A stretch of 64,000 bases of DNA from NCBI GenBank assembly GCA_963711565.1, contig CAVQEQ010000003.1:352001-416000 (forward strand). Reading direction: 5' to 3'. This DNA is from an uncultured delta proteobacterium (GTDB lineage: Bacteria; Desulfobacterota; Binatia; Binatales; Binataceae). The notes beneath the pieces were generated by a model. That model saw only the letters and a list, made by a program, of their open reading frames with translations, did not search any database and was not told where the DNA came from. Both the position numbers and the translations under genes were made by a program. Below, one piece after another: positions 1-10,196 of the stretch. The first letter of the stretch is position 1. Each line of letters starts with the position of its first letter.

Positions 1-1
1 C

Positions 2-301
2 GGCAGTCAGCAGTCGGCAGCGAACAGTGCGTTGTGTTCCGCGATTGGGAGCCATTTCCCCAATCCCGCCGCTGCCGGTCCGTCCGCATTGAGCGACCCA
101 GCCGTGATGTCGACCGCGGCTACGTCATTCGCAGGCAGCACGAGTCTTCCGCTATCGAGCGCCACCGACATGCTGAAAGGGTACGTAGCTCAACATGCCA
201 CCGACATCCTCGCGACGTGCGCAACGAGCAACGCGACGAGCGGCTTGACGTCGAAGATTCCGGGGGGCGGAAGTTTGCCCTCGGTTCCAAAAATGCCCTG
301 A
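2..301 (+). CDS. 3' part of a hypothetical Ser/Ala-rich protein, truncated by the window start
   Basis: The frame of ORF 32..301 is open back to base 2 (GSQQSAANSALC...), with a stop at 299-301. Confidence 0.55.
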   Translation, partial: GSQQSAANSALCSAIGSHFPNPAAAGPSALSDPAVMSTAATSFAGSTSLPLSSATDMLKGYVAQHATDILATCATSNATSGLTSKIPGGGSLPSVPKMP

Positions 302-355
302 ATCAGGCGGGACACGCTTGCAGGGCGGCGTTATCTGCGGGCAGAGTATTCCGAC

Positions 356-1114
356 ATGGGCAGTCATCCGCAGGCTTCATCTTATACCGCTGCCGCGCCG
401 CGCGGCTTCTTCAACCTCATCTGGGGCATCGTCGCGACGATTCTGTCGGTGCTGTGGACCGCGATCTGCGCGATCAGCGCGGCCAGCGCGGCTTTGATAA
501 ACAAGCCGCACTGGGTCACCCTGGTTACGCGAGCGTGGGGGCGCGGAATAATCGGAGTTTCTGGCATCAAGGTGCAAATCGAGGGCCTCGAAAATCTCAC
601 CGGCCTGCGGTCGTACGTGCTGGTCGCCAATCATCAGAGCTTCTTCGATATCTTCGCGACCGCCGCCTACATGCCGGGCGAGCCGCGTTTCGTCGGCAAG
701 AAAGAACTGCTCAAAGTCCCGCTGGTCGGCTTCGCGATGAAGCATGGCGGCCACATCCTGATCGACCGCGAGGCCGGCGGCCAGGCAATTCGCAAGGCGA
801 TCAAGATCATCCAGAGCGGCCTCGACGTTTGCGTCTTCGCCGAGGGCCATCGCTTCAACGACAATCGCATCCACGAGTTCGAAGACGGCGCGGCGTGGCT
901 CGCGATCCTGTCGAAGCTGCCGGTGGTGCCGATGTCGATCAGCGGCTCGGGCGTTTTCTTCCCGCGCGGCGCGATGTTCGTAACGCCGGGCCTGACGATG
1001 AAGATGAGGATCGGGAAGCCGATCTCAACCGACGGAATGCGCAGCGCCGACCGCACCGAACTGACGCATCGCCTCGAAGAAGCGGTCCGCGCCAGTTTCA
1101 CGACCGAGGTGTGA
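356..1114 (+). CDS. plsC: 1-acyl-sn-glycerol-3-phosphate acyltransferase (PlsC family)
   Basis: NHQSFFD (HX4D) motif, KKEL and FAEG blocks, N-terminal hydrophobic helix. Confidence 0.85.
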   Translation: MGSHPQASSYTAAAPRGFFNLIWGIVATILSVLWTAICAISAASAALINKPHWVTLVTRAWGRGIIGVSGIKVQIEGLENLTGLRSYVLVANHQSFFDIFATAAYMPGEPRFVGKKELLKVPLVGFAMKHGGHILIDREAGGQAIRKAIKIIQSGLDVCVFAEGHRFNDNRIHEFEDGAAWLAILSKLPVVPMSISGSGVFFPRGAMFVTPGLTMKMRIGKPISTDGMRSADRTELTHRLEEAVRASFTTEV

Positions 1115-1126
1115 GAGGTCTCGCGC

Positions 1127-1759
1127 TTATCTGACGTGAGTTTCGCGCGATCGCGTGTGCGGCGCAGTTGACGTGATCAGCGGCGCGAGCATCAAGCCCG
1201 CGGCGTGATTCAGCACCTCCTCGAAGTCGAGGTCGGGGTTCACTACCCAGAGCAGCGTCAGGCCCTCGAACAGCGCGACGCCGCTGATTGCGGCCTTGCG
1301 CGGATCGACCGGGCGCAGCTCGCCCTTCTCGACACCGTCGGCGATCAGCCGCGAGAAGGCGTCGATGTAGGCCTCGAAGTAACCGCGCGCGCTCCGGCGA
1401 ATCGAGGGATTGCGCGCCGCCATCGCGTAGGCCTCGAGCTCGACGCCGGCGACCTGGCGGGCGTTACGGACCTGCTCGGTGGCGCATCGCGCAACCGTCA
1501 TAATGCGCTCGACGACGGGGCGGTCTGATTCGAGCTGCTCGGCAACGTCCTGGAGCGAGCGCTCGAACATGCGCGCGAGCGACGCCGCGATAATTTCGTC
1601 CTTGCTCTTGAAGTACCAGTAGATTGCGCCCTTGCTGAGTTGCGACTCCTCGACGATTTGTTCCATCCGCGATTCGGCAAAGCCGTTGCGCGCGAAGACC
1701 TTCTCGGCGGCGTCGAGGATCTGATGGCGGCGTTCTTTGCTGACTTCGGGTCGCGACAT
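1127..1759 (-). CDS. TetR/AcrR family transcriptional regulator
   Basis: N-terminal HTH ILDAAEKVF...SKGAIYWYFKSKDEI; directly downstream of the P450 gene. Confidence 0.92.
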   Translation of the reverse strand: MSRPEVSKERRHQILDAAEKVFARNGFAESRMEQIVEESQLSKGAIYWYFKSKDEIIAASLARMFERSLQDVAEQLESDRPVVERIMTVARCATEQVRNARQVAGVELEAYAMAARNPSIRRSARGYFEAYIDAFSRLIADGVEKGELRPVDPRKAAISGVALFEGLTLLWVVNPDLDFEEVLNHAAGLMLAPLITSTAPHTRSRETHVR

Positions 1760-1774
1760 TTTACGCAGTCTCGC

Positions 1775-3190
1775 TTAAGACTGCGCCGGATCGACCGTCA
1801 TCTTCAAGCCGTAGCGCGGGCGCAGCGTGACCAACGGTTGCAGCTCGACGGGATGCCCCGGGACCATGCGCAGGCGAAATTTCTGCGCGATGGCGGCGAG
1901 GATCAAATTTGCCTCGGTCAGTGCAAAAGTGTTGCCGATGCACAGGCGCGGGCCGCCGCCGAAGGGAAAGTATGCGTAGCGCGGGCGATTGGCGGATCGC
2001 TCCGGCGAAAAGCGATCGGGATCGAAGCTTTCGGGATTCTCCCAGAAATCCGGATGGCGATGGGTCAGCCATTGGCTCAGCATCACGCTGGCGCCCTTGG
2101 GCACGCTGAAACCGAGGACCTCGTCGTCGGCGAGCGGCGAGCGTCCGATCGACCACGCCGGCGGATAGAGCCGCATCGACTCGTCAATAACCATCGAGGT
2201 GTAGCGCAGGTTGGGCAAGTCGGCGACCGTGGGCGCGCGCCCGCCAAGCACGGCGGCGAGTTCGGCGTGGAGCTTTTGCTCGACCGCGGGATTTTGAGAA
2301 AGCAGATACCAGGTCCACGCGAGCGCGTTGGCGGTGGTCTCGTGGCCGGCGGCGATCAAGGTGAGCGCCTCGTCGCGAACCTGTTTGTCGCTCATCGCTT
2401 CGCCGGTGTCCTCGTCGCGCGCGGCGAGCAGCAGCGAGAGCATGTCGCCGCGATCCTCGCCGTGACGCCGATGATCGGCGATCATGCCGGCGATGAGCGC
2501 GTCGAACGATCGGATGGCGCGGCGGAACTCGCGGTTGCGTCGCGTCGGCAGCCACGGCAGCAGCGTGCCGAGGTCGAACTGGCCGAGGCGTTCGTTGGTG
2601 ACGGTTACATCGTGGCCGATTTCATGCGCCAGCTCGCCCGCGATTTCCACCTTGAACAAAACGCGCGCGACGATCTCGAGCGTGAGTTGCATCATCTCGT
2701 TGCACACGTCGAAGGTGGCGCCCTCACCGGCGAGCGAACTCCACTTATCGAGCATCTTGAGCGTGCTATCTACCATCGTGGCGCCGAATTCCGCGATGCG
2801 CTGGCGATGGAACATCGGCGTCATCAAGCGGCGCTGACTCAGCCACAGCGGATTCTCGCTGGTGAGCAATCCTTCGCCGAGAACGCGCTTGAGGATTTTA
2901 TAGTCGGGGGACTTGACGTAGTTGCGATGGTTCTCCTGCAGCACGTGCTTGACGCCGTCGGGATGCACGACCAGGAAGATTCGCATCGGACCGATCCGGT
3001 AGCCGACCACGTCGCCATAGCGCTTGAAGTCGACGCTGGTGTGCTCGATCGGTTTGCGTACAATCCGGAACCCGGAGAGCGGCCCGCGCGGTCCCGGCAC
3101 TGCTCGCGAGGGTCGAGCGAGCGGACCGACGCGTGGCGCGAGTTCGGGCGAATCGAGAGTGGAAGCCTGGGGAGCGTTCAAAGTATTCAT
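1775..3190 (-). CDS. Cytochrome P450
   Basis: I-helix AGHETT, ExxR (ESMR), heme-binding PFGGGPRLCIG. Confidence 0.96.
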   Translation of the reverse strand: MNTLNAPQASTLDSPELAPRVGPLARPSRAVPGPRGPLSGFRIVRKPIEHTSVDFKRYGDVVGYRIGPMRIFLVVHPDGVKHVLQENHRNYVKSPDYKILKRVLGEGLLTSENPLWLSQRRLMTPMFHRQRIAEFGATMVDSTLKMLDKWSSLAGEGATFDVCNEMMQLTLEIVARVLFKVEIAGELAHEIGHDVTVTNERLGQFDLGTLLPWLPTRRNREFRRAIRSFDALIAGMIADHRRHGEDRGDMLSLLLAARDEDTGEAMSDKQVRDEALTLIAAGHETTANALAWTWYLLSQNPAVEQKLHAELAAVLGGRAPTVADLPNLRYTSMVIDESMRLYPPAWSIGRSPLADDEVLGFSVPKGASVMLSQWLTHRHPDFWENPESFDPDRFSPERSANRPRYAYFPFGGGPRLCIGNTFALTEANLILAAIAQKFRLRMVPGHPVELQPLVTLRPRYGLKMTVDPAQS

Positions 3191-3197
3191 CGTCTAA

Positions 3198-3253
3198 ACC
3201 GACCAGTCAGTCTGGAATGAAATAAATTTACGCGGCGAGCATCGAAGAAGCAA
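3198..3253 (-). promoter_or_regulatory. Sigma70-type promoter of the P450-tetR operon with a putative TetR operator
   Basis: Minus-strand TTGCTT (3248-3253), 17 nt, TAAATT (3225-3230). Imperfect palindrome ACCGACCAGTCAGT at 3198-3211 just upstream of the ATG. Confidence 0.5.
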
Positions 3254-3357
3254 GGGAATCCCCTACCCTCTAAATCGCGAGCGGCAGATCTAATCTTGCG
3301 GAGAAGACGCGTGCTCATCTATACCCGTAGCTGAAGTCATCGCAGGAGTATCGAAAC

Positions 3358-4950
3358 ATGACGACAGCTACCGCGCCCAAAGAGTCGGCTGCTCAATCTC
3401 ATCCGATCGTTGATACCGCATGCGGCAAGGTTCGCGGAGTTGCCGCGAACGGGGTCAGCAGCTTCAAGGGCATTCCGTATGGCGCTTCGACTGCGGGACG
3501 CAATCGCTTCATGCCGCCGCTTGCGCCGACGCCGTGGGCCGGAGTGCGCGACGCGCTCAGCTATGGACCTACCGCGCCGCAGAATCCGTCTTCGATGCGC
3601 GGCCTGGTCGATCCACGCAGCGGGTTTGCTGCGTACGCCGACGCTGACGGTATCGTCGAGAGCGAGGATTGTCTCGTGCTCAACGTATGGGCCAGCGACG
3701 CGAGCGACGCTCGCCGGCGGCCGGTGATGGTCTGGCTGCATGGCGGCGGCTTCCAGGCCAGTTCGGGATCGCCGCTGATTTACGACGGCAGCAACCTGGT
3801 GCGGCGCGGCGACGTGGTCGTCGTCAGCGTCAACCATCGCCTAGGCGCGTTGGGCTATACGTATTTCGCCAGCATCGGCGGTGACGAATTTAGTGCGTCG
3901 AGCAATGTTGGGATGCTGGATTTGGTCGCGGCGCTGCAATGGGTGCGCGACAATATCGCGAAGTTCGGCGGCGATCCGCGCAACGTGACGATCTTCGGCG
4001 AGTCGGGAGGCGGGCAGAAAGTCTCGACGCTGCTCGCGATGCCGTCGGCGAAGAATCTTTTTCATCGCGCGGTGATTCAGAGCGGCCCCGGATACAGGAT
4101 GAACAAGCCCGACCACGCGGCGAAGGTGGCGGAAATGCTGCTGGCTGAGCTCGGACTCAGCGGTGAGCAGCTCCGCGACGCGCAGACCGTGCCAGTCGAA
4201 CGCATCGTGGCCGCGCAGGCGGCAGTCCAGGCCAAGCTCGCCGCGCGCGTGCCGGGCTTTATCCAGGGTTTCTCGCCGGTGGTCGATGGCGTTACGTTGC
4301 CGCAGCATCCATTCGATCCCACCGCGCCCGAGGTTTCCGCCGGCGTGCCGTTAATCATCGGCTACAACCGCACCGAGATGACGCTGTTCGTCGCCGGCGA
4401 TCCGACGGCCTTTGCGCTCGACGAGGACGGGCTGCATCGACGTGCCGGGCGTCTGCTTGGAGCGGAGGCAGATAGCGTGATCGAGGTTTTCCGCAAAGAG
4501 AATCCCGGCGCGAGTCCGTCGGAGCTGATGTTCCTGATTGGAACCGAGTATCCGACCGCCGCCTACTCGAGAAAGATTGCGGAGCGCAAGGCCGCCGCGG
4601 GTGGCGCGCCCGCGTACCTGTACCGCTTCGATTGGGAGACTCCGGTTGCGGGCGGACGGCTCAAATCACCGCATGCGCTCGAGATTCCGTTCGTGTTCGA
4701 CAACACCGCGTATGCCCCGCGGCTCGCGCCGGACCGCCCGGACGTCCACGCACTCGCTCACGCGATGAGCGATCAATGGATTGCGTTTGCGCGCACCGGC
4801 GATCCCAACGCCGACGCGGCGCCTCGATGGCTCCCTTACAATGCACCGGATAGGGCGACGATGATTTTCAATAGCGAGTGCAGGGTCGAGAAGGATCCAA
4901 ATCGCGCGGGGCGGCAGGCGATCGACAACATCCTGTTTCGGGAAAAGTAG
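3358..4950 (+). CDS. Carboxylesterase type B (alpha/beta hydrolase)
   Basis: [15 protein letters not shown] oxyanion loop, GESGG nucleophile elbow, HALEIPFVF. Confidence 0.94.
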   Translation: MTTATAPKESAAQSHPIVDTACGKVRGVAANGVSSFKGIPYGASTAGRNRFMPPLAPTPWAGVRDALSYGPTAPQNPSSMRGLVDPRSGFAAYADADGIVESEDCLVLNVWASDASDARRRPVMVWLHGGGFQASSGSPLIYDGSNLVRRGDVVVVSVNHRLGALGYTYFASIGGDEFSASSNVGMLDLVAALQWVRDNIAKFGGDPRNVTIFGESGGGQKVSTLLAMPSAKNLFHRAVIQSGPGYRMNKPDHAAKVAEMLLAELGLSGEQLRDAQTVPVERIVAAQAAVQAKLAARVPGFIQGFSPVVDGVTLPQHPFDPTAPEVSAGVPLIIGYNRTEMTLFVAGDPTAFALDEDGLHRRAGRLLGAEADSVIEVFRKENPGASPSELMFLIGTEYPTAAYSRKIAERKAAAGGAPAYLYRFDWETPVAGGRLKSPHALEIPFVFDNTAYAPRLAPDRPDVHALAHAMSDQWIAFARTGDPNADAAPRWLPYNAPDRATMIFNSECRVEKDPNRAGRQAIDNILFREK

Positions 4951-4958
4951 TCGAACGG

Positions 4959-5315
4959 TCACGCTTTGCGGTCGAAGATGAACAGGGGGACCTGATTGGA
5001 GAGCTTGGGATCGATCGTCAGGATGCGGCGTCCCGACTCGATCTGAATCGTACCGGCGTCGAGACCGGCGATGTGAAAGTTCGCTACTACTTGATCGACA
5101 TCCTCCGCTTCGAGCCACAGACCGATCATTCCTTCGCTCGACGCATCGATCTTCGCGCCGGTGACGAGGCGAATGTCCGCGCGGCCGACCTGCACCGACG
5201 CCGACTTCCCGTCCGTCGATCGAGTTACACGGAAACCGAAGTTCTTTTCGTAAATCGACGCTGCGTCCGCGAGATCCGTGGTCGCGACTTCAAGTGTATC
5301 GAGGCGTTTGATCAT
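4959..5315 (-). CDS. VOC/glyoxalase family protein
   Basis: MIKRLDTLEVATTDLADAASIYEKNFGF is a typical VOC N-terminus; start placed at ATG 5315. Confidence 0.7.
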   Translation of the reverse strand: MIKRLDTLEVATTDLADAASIYEKNFGFRVTRSTDGKSASVQVGRADIRLVTGAKIDASSEGMIGLWLEAEDVDQVVANFHIAGLDAGTIQIESGRRILTIDPKLSNQVPLFIFDRKA

Positions 5316-5322
5316 CGTTTGA

Positions 5323-5355
5323 GAAAAAGACGGGGCCGGATTGCTCCAGCCCCGC
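5323..5355 (-). terminator. Rho-independent terminator after the cytochrome operon
   Basis: Minus-strand GCGGGGCTGGA-GCAA-TCCGGCCCCGT followed by CTTTTT. Confidence 0.65.
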
Positions 5356-5356
5356 A

Positions 5357-5394
5357 CCTCACCCCTAGCCCCTCTCCCTTCAGCAGAGGGGAAT
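5357..5394. repeat. Isolated REP-like unit related to the 41.2-42.3 kb repeats
   Basis: CCTCACCCCTAGCCCCTCT...AGAGGGGAA resembles CCTAACCCCTGACCCCTTCCCC...GGGGAAGGGGAA at 41817. Confidence 0.5.
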
Positions 5395-5415
5395 TGGAAC
5401 CAAGGTTGACCGCGA

Positions 5416-6126
5416 CTAGCCCTTGGGCTTCAGCGAGAAATTCGCCGTAGTCGCCGCGCCGTCCTTCACATTAACTTTCTGAGTGTCAACACCAAGCTTC
5501 TCCTGCCACACTTCGAGCGTGTAGTCGCCAGGCGGCACGCCCGCGATCGAGAAGTTGCCCTTGTCGTCCGTCACCGCGAAGTATGGAGTGTCGGTCGCGA
5601 CCCACCATCCGTGCATCCAGGCGTGCGCATCGCAAGTGACCTTGATCACTTCCGGCTGATCGATTTTTTCCTCGATCACTTTCTTGAACTTGGGCTGCGC
5701 CATGTTGAACGACGGATTCTTTTCCGAATAGGTGTGGATGTTGTGCAGAATCCCGTCGTCGTTCACGATTTTCACGGTGCTGCCGGCCGGGAACGCGAGC
5801 ACATGCGGCACGTAGTCGCATCCTTTTTGATCGAAGGTTACGTCGCCGGGCTTCATGTCGCCCTTGGCACCTTTCACAACCACGACGGCGTTCGCGATTC
5901 CGCCGCTGCTGTCAACGATGAGATCTTCCGTGAAGTGCGGATGGAGTCCGCAGACTTCCTTGTCCTTGGTCACTTCGACCGGCTTGGGTGCCGGCGCCGT
6001 GCCGTCGTACTTGACGGTTCCGCTAATCGTGCCGCCGGCTGCGCTCGCGATGCCGGCGCCGACGCTCATGCTGAGCGCGACTCCAGCGCACGCCGCCAGT
6101 ACAACTGCATACTTTTTCATTACCAT
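5416..6126 (-). CDS. Periplasmic cupredoxin-like protein with a carboxypeptidase-regulatory-like domain
   Basis: Signal peptide; HNIH and CDAHAWM give type-1 copper ligands (H, C, H, M); GGAGG RBS before ATG 6126. Confidence 0.75.
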   Translation of the reverse strand: MVMKKYAVVLAACAGVALSMSVGAGIASAAGGTISGTVKYDGTAPAPKPVEVTKDKEVCGLHPHFTEDLIVDSSGGIANAVVVVKGAKGDMKPGDVTFDQKGCDYVPHVLAFPAGSTVKIVNDDGILHNIHTYSEKNPSFNMAQPKFKKVIEEKIDQPEVIKVTCDAHAWMHGWWVATDTPYFAVTDDKGNFSIAGVPPGDYTLEVWQEKLGVDTQKVNVKDGAATTANFSLKPKG

Positions 6127-6227
6127 TGCCTCCTGGGAAATTACCCGGATAGTTCTACTCAGTCTTAAACAAAAACTCACTTTAGCGAATACTCAGTTGC
6201 CAACTCAATCAACTGGACGATCATAAC

Positions 6228-9017
6228 CTACTTCTTACTCACTTTCGTCGGTGCCTTCTCCGCCTTACTCACTTTTGCCGGCACCGCGGCCACCTGGCCC
6301 GGCAGCGTCTGTCCCGGATGAGTTCCGAACCAGAAAATATAGTCGCGCAGCGCACGGATTTGATCGTCCTGGTTGCCGCCCAGGATGTCGTCGGGACCCC
6401 CCGGATAGAATGAAGGCATGTGGGTCCCGGGCTGAATCGCCGACGGATTTGCGATCCACTTCAGTATCCAGTCGGGATTCAAGCGCTGATGCGCCAGCGC
6501 CAAATCAGGCGCCCATCCCGATTCCGGCCCTTCGGGCTTCTTGTCGCCCTGCTGATGGCAGCTGAAGCAGTTGAAGTAATCCTTGGTCATCAGCTTGGCG
6601 CCCGCCTGCAACTCGGCCGGCGGAATCAGGTCGGTGTTGATGAACATGAAGGGCACGTTGATGTCCGACATGGCCGTGAAGTAGTTCACGATGGTGTCGT
6701 CTTCGCTGTTGGTGAAATGGAAGGTCGGCATCCTGATTTTCAGCCACGGACGAATCGGGGTCGGGCCCTGCAGGAATGTGAATAGCCACTGGGGCTGAAC
6801 CTTGAAGCCCTCGCCATTGAGTATTGGCGGCGCGAAGTTGATTTCGTCTTCTGAGTAGAAGCGCCGGATGTAGCCGCCGCGATTGTCGATGATGTGGCAG
6901 CCGACGCAGTTGTAGTAATTGACCATTCGCCGGCCCGCGACGATTTCTGTCTGATGCTCCGAGCCGGGCATCCGGTAGCGCTCCTGCACCTTGCCGTCGG
7001 TCATGCCGGCCAGGAACACGACCAGGTTGTTGATGTCGGCGTCGTCGAAATCGAAATTCGGCATCAACTGCTCGACGTCCTTGGTCTGGTAGATGCGCGG
7101 CGTCTGCAGTTTGTGGAACGTCCATTGATCCCAGGTCTCGGGAATCTGGGTCTGGTTGCCGAAAAACAATTCGTCGAGATGCTTGCTGCCGAACACCGTC
7201 AGCTCGACACCGATGCGCGACTCCTTGTCCATCCCCTCGATCTCGTGGCAGCCGAAGCATCCGTACTTGCGCACGAGCGCTTCGCCCTTCTGGATATTCG
7301 CGGGATCCTTGAGCGCGGTTTCGACGCCGGGGTCTTCTTTCTTCTCGCCATGCGTCATCAGGAACGCGGTCAGCGCCTCGGCCTCGTGATCGCTCAGGCG
7401 CAATGACGGCATCGCGGTGTGCGGCGAGAAGTCGCGCGGATTTTTCAGCCAGGTGTAAATCCATGCCGCCGAAGTCTTCTCCGCGATCTTGTCCAGGTTC
7501 GGCGCGAAGTCCTTGGTCGTGCGCGCCTCGGCCGGCTTGAAGCCCTCGGCGACGCCGACCGGCGTTCCATAATTATCAGGATCGATCGCGTGGCATCCTT
7601 TGCAGCCGACCGATTCGAACAGCCCCTTGCCCTCTTCGACGAACGCCGGATTCTTGATGTCGGCCTCGAGCGTCGGCAGTTCCGGATGCGCCGCGAGCCA
7701 GTCTTTCGAGTTCTTCGCCGAGCTGTCCAGGATGAAGGCGGCCAGCTCCGTCGCCTGTTCGGTCGAGAACATGAAATTCGGCATGCGTGTATGCGGCCGG
7801 AAGACGTGCGGATCGGTGATCCAGCGCACGGTCCACGACGGGTCGAGCTTGGCCGACGCCAGTTTCAGGTACGGGCCGATCTTCGGCATCTCCTCGTAGC
7901 CCGCGACGAGATGGCATCCCGCGCATCCCATCTGCTGGAACATGCGCTCGCCGTCAACCCAGTTGGCCGCGATTGGCTTACCCGCAGCGTCGTGCAGCGA
8001 GCCGACGTTGATGTGGCACTTGATGCATCGCGATTGCATCTTGTCGCCGCGTAGCATCGGCGAGTCCCAATCCTTGTCATCGCCATGCGCGAGCCGCACC
8101 GAGCTGACCGCGGGCCCCTGGCCGTCGTGACAGGGAGTGCAGCCGAGTTTGTCGGGCGGATGCTTGCCGATGATTTGATCGAAATTGCTATGCGTGCGAA
8201 ACGGCTGGGGCGCGTTCTCGAAGCCCTTCTTGTCGGCGCCCATGTGGCAGCTCTGGCATCGATCGACCCGCGCAATCGCCTCGTCGAAGGCGTTGCGGTC
8301 GAAGTCGTCGATCGCGGTCTGCTGAATCTTGGGAATTTTCGGATAGCGGAAGAGGATGGTGTTGCGGAATTTGACCGGGATCATCCACGAGTCGGCCTTG
8401 TCGAAAAAGTCGTCGCGCTTCGCGGTCAGTTTCTTCAGCTGGTCGGTCAGGCTGTCGACTTTCGAATTCAGCGCCGCGATCTGATCCTTGACTGCCTGCA
8501 GATCTGCCTTGGCCTTGTCGGAGTCGATATTTTCCTGCGCGAGTTCCGCGTCGAGCCTGTCGATATCCTGTTTGAACGGAGTCGGATCCTGCTTGTACTG
8601 AATGGCGTGATTGTAGTCGTACCATCGCTCGGTCAGATACGACTTGGTGAACCGCACCAGTTGATCCTTGTCGTTGTAGGTGTTGTTCAGACCGACCAGC
8701 TGCGCCTTCAAGTCATCCAGCTTGGCCGCGGTCGCACCCGAATCGAGATCCTTCTGCGCCTCGGCCAGGTCCTTCGATGCTTTCTGATAGGTCGGATCGG
8801 CGTTGAGACGCGCCTGTTCGTCGGCCGCGTCCTTCATGTACTTGTCGTACGCGATGTGATCCCACTCGACCTGGTATTGCTTCCATGGCCGGCGCGAGAT
8901 GTTGTCGTCCCAGATCGACCAGACCGCGCTGACCAGCAGCACCGCTACCAGCAGCACGAACAACGCGCTGTATGACTTCCCTTCTTCGGTGGGATCAAGC
9001 CCCGGTCTGCCAGCCAT
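6228..9017 (-). CDS. Membrane-anchored octaheme c-type cytochrome
   Basis: Eight CxxCH motifs (CQSCH, CTPCH, CIKCH, CAGCH, CKGCH, CFGCH, CVGCH, CFSCH), N-terminal TM helix and coiled coil, repeated MP(N/S/T)F distal-Met motifs. Confidence 0.93.
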   Translation of the reverse strand: MAGRPGLDPTEEGKSYSALFVLLVAVLLVSAVWSIWDDNISRRPWKQYQVEWDHIAYDKYMKDAADEQARLNADPTYQKASKDLAEAQKDLDSGATAAKLDDLKAQLVGLNNTYNDKDQLVRFTKSYLTERWYDYNHAIQYKQDPTPFKQDIDRLDAELAQENIDSDKAKADLQAVKDQIAALNSKVDSLTDQLKKLTAKRDDFFDKADSWMIPVKFRNTILFRYPKIPKIQQTAIDDFDRNAFDEAIARVDRCQSCHMGADKKGFENAPQPFRTHSNFDQIIGKHPPDKLGCTPCHDGQGPAVSSVRLAHGDDKDWDSPMLRGDKMQSRCIKCHINVGSLHDAAGKPIAANWVDGERMFQQMGCAGCHLVAGYEEMPKIGPYLKLASAKLDPSWTVRWITDPHVFRPHTRMPNFMFSTEQATELAAFILDSSAKNSKDWLAAHPELPTLEADIKNPAFVEEGKGLFESVGCKGCHAIDPDNYGTPVGVAEGFKPAEARTTKDFAPNLDKIAEKTSAAWIYTWLKNPRDFSPHTAMPSLRLSDHEAEALTAFLMTHGEKKEDPGVETALKDPANIQKGEALVRKYGCFGCHEIEGMDKESRIGVELTVFGSKHLDELFFGNQTQIPETWDQWTFHKLQTPRIYQTKDVEQLMPNFDFDDADINNLVVFLAGMTDGKVQERYRMPGSEHQTEIVAGRRMVNYYNCVGCHIIDNRGGYIRRFYSEDEINFAPPILNGEGFKVQPQWLFTFLQGPTPIRPWLKIRMPTFHFTNSEDDTIVNYFTAMSDINVPFMFINTDLIPPAELQAGAKLMTKDYFNCFSCHQQGDKKPEGPESGWAPDLALAHQRLNPDWILKWIANPSAIQPGTHMPSFYPGGPDDILGGNQDDQIRALRDYIFWFGTHPGQTLPGQVAAVPAKVSKAEKAPTKVSKK

Positions 9018-9088
9018 CTGCTCTACCTGTCCTCAAATGCCGCCGCGCGGCCACCGTCCAAATACTCAGTCGAATAGTCAGTCGTCAT

Positions 9089-9265
9089 TTACCCGCGCGA
9101 AACCCACACACCCTCGATGATGTAGCCGGCCAGAAAAACCAGGATGCCGATCCCGGTGAACTTGTATTCGTTGCCCATCCCGTGCGTCTGCGTGATTCCC
9201 ACGTAGAGCGCGAACCCGACGTCGGCGAGGCCGAGCGCCTGCAATACTTTGGCGAGGATGAACAC
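9089..9265 (-). CDS. Small two-helix membrane protein (58 aa), absent from the ORF track
   Basis: GTG start; MFILAKVLQALGLADVGFALYVGITQTHGMGNEYKFTGIGILVFLAGYIIEGVWVSRG; co-oriented within the operon. Confidence 0.7.
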   Translation of the reverse strand: MFILAKVLQALGLADVGFALYVGITQTHGMGNEYKFTGIGILVFLAGYIIEGVWVSRG

Positions 9266-9283
9266 GGAGTCGTCGCGGCCACG

Positions 9284-10186
9284 TCAGATGTTAATCCAGG
9301 GCGTGACCAGGATGTACTTGATGTTGAGCGCGTGCCGCAGCGCCATCTTGATGAACACGCCGGCCATCGCGATCAGCAGAAATCCTGTGATGCCGAAGCG
9401 CACCGGTCCCCACTTCTGCAAAATTTCGGGACCGCCACCGGGGAACGCGGACCACGGATCGCCCGCGGGCCGCGATCGTATCCAGAAATACAAAGCCGCG
9501 TAGCCGACCACGAAATAGCCGACTATCAGAAACAGCCCGAACAGAGCAGACGCCAGGTAGTCGCGGAAGCCGAACATGTACGGCAAATCGACGTTGGTCA
9601 GCGCCTCGACCAGATGAGGATCCCAGACCTGGCCGGGCCAGAACCAGTTCCAGCCGGGACCGCGGAAAAACGTGCCGATGATAATGAACGAGACCCACAA
9701 GATGTGGAACCCGACGAAGAAAGCCATAATCTCGAAAAATCGCTCCTTCAGGGTGTAGTAGCCGTTACCCTTCGGATTGATGTCGAGAAACGGGATCAGC
9801 ATCAGGCCCACGATGATGAAGCTCGGCAGCACCACGCCCGCATACCAGGGATCGAAGAACACCAGCATTTCCTGCAGGCCCAGGAAGTACCATGGCGCCT
9901 TTGACGGGTTGGGCGTCCGGGTAGGATTCGACGGCTGTTCAAGTGGCGCGTTGAGCAGCAGCGACCACACCGTCAAGACGATGATGACCAGGATCGACAT
10001 CAGGAATTCGTTGCGCACCAGGAACGGCCAGGTGTGCAGTTTCTCCTCGACGCCGCTGCCCGCCTTCTTGATCGGGACTTCGATTCGCTTGCCGCCCGCC
10101 GCGGGCGGAGTCCGCGACGCGGCCCCTGCGCCAGCGCCCGCCGCGCGCATCACGATGCCGCCTTCGTTACCTTCCGGGCTTGCCAT
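9284..10186 (-). CDS. Cytochrome b C-terminal / subunit IV-like protein (PetD/QcrC type) with extra TM helices
   Basis: HTWP..., APLEQPSNPTRTPNPSKAPWYFLGLQE (PEWY-equivalent loop), IPFLDINP. Confidence 0.88.
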   Translation of the reverse strand: MASPEGNEGGIVMRAAGAGAGAASRTPPAAGGKRIEVPIKKAGSGVEEKLHTWPFLVRNEFLMSILVIIVLTVWSLLLNAPLEQPSNPTRTPNPSKAPWYFLGLQEMLVFFDPWYAGVVLPSFIIVGLMLIPFLDINPKGNGYYTLKERFFEIMAFFVGFHILWVSFIIIGTFFRGPGWNWFWPGQVWDPHLVEALTNVDLPYMFGFRDYLASALFGLFLIVGYFVVGYAALYFWIRSRPAGDPWSAFPGGGPEILQKWGPVRFGITGFLLIAMAGVFIKMALRHALNIKYILVTPWINI

Positions 10187-10196
10187 GATTAATCCC

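Noticed and set aside
1640-3220. Long antisense and alternate-frame ORFs (also 34..1134, 39545..40843, 54165..55445, 62043..63563)
   Set aside because: Shadow ORFs of high-GC genes, with no motifs, overlapping well-supported CDSs.
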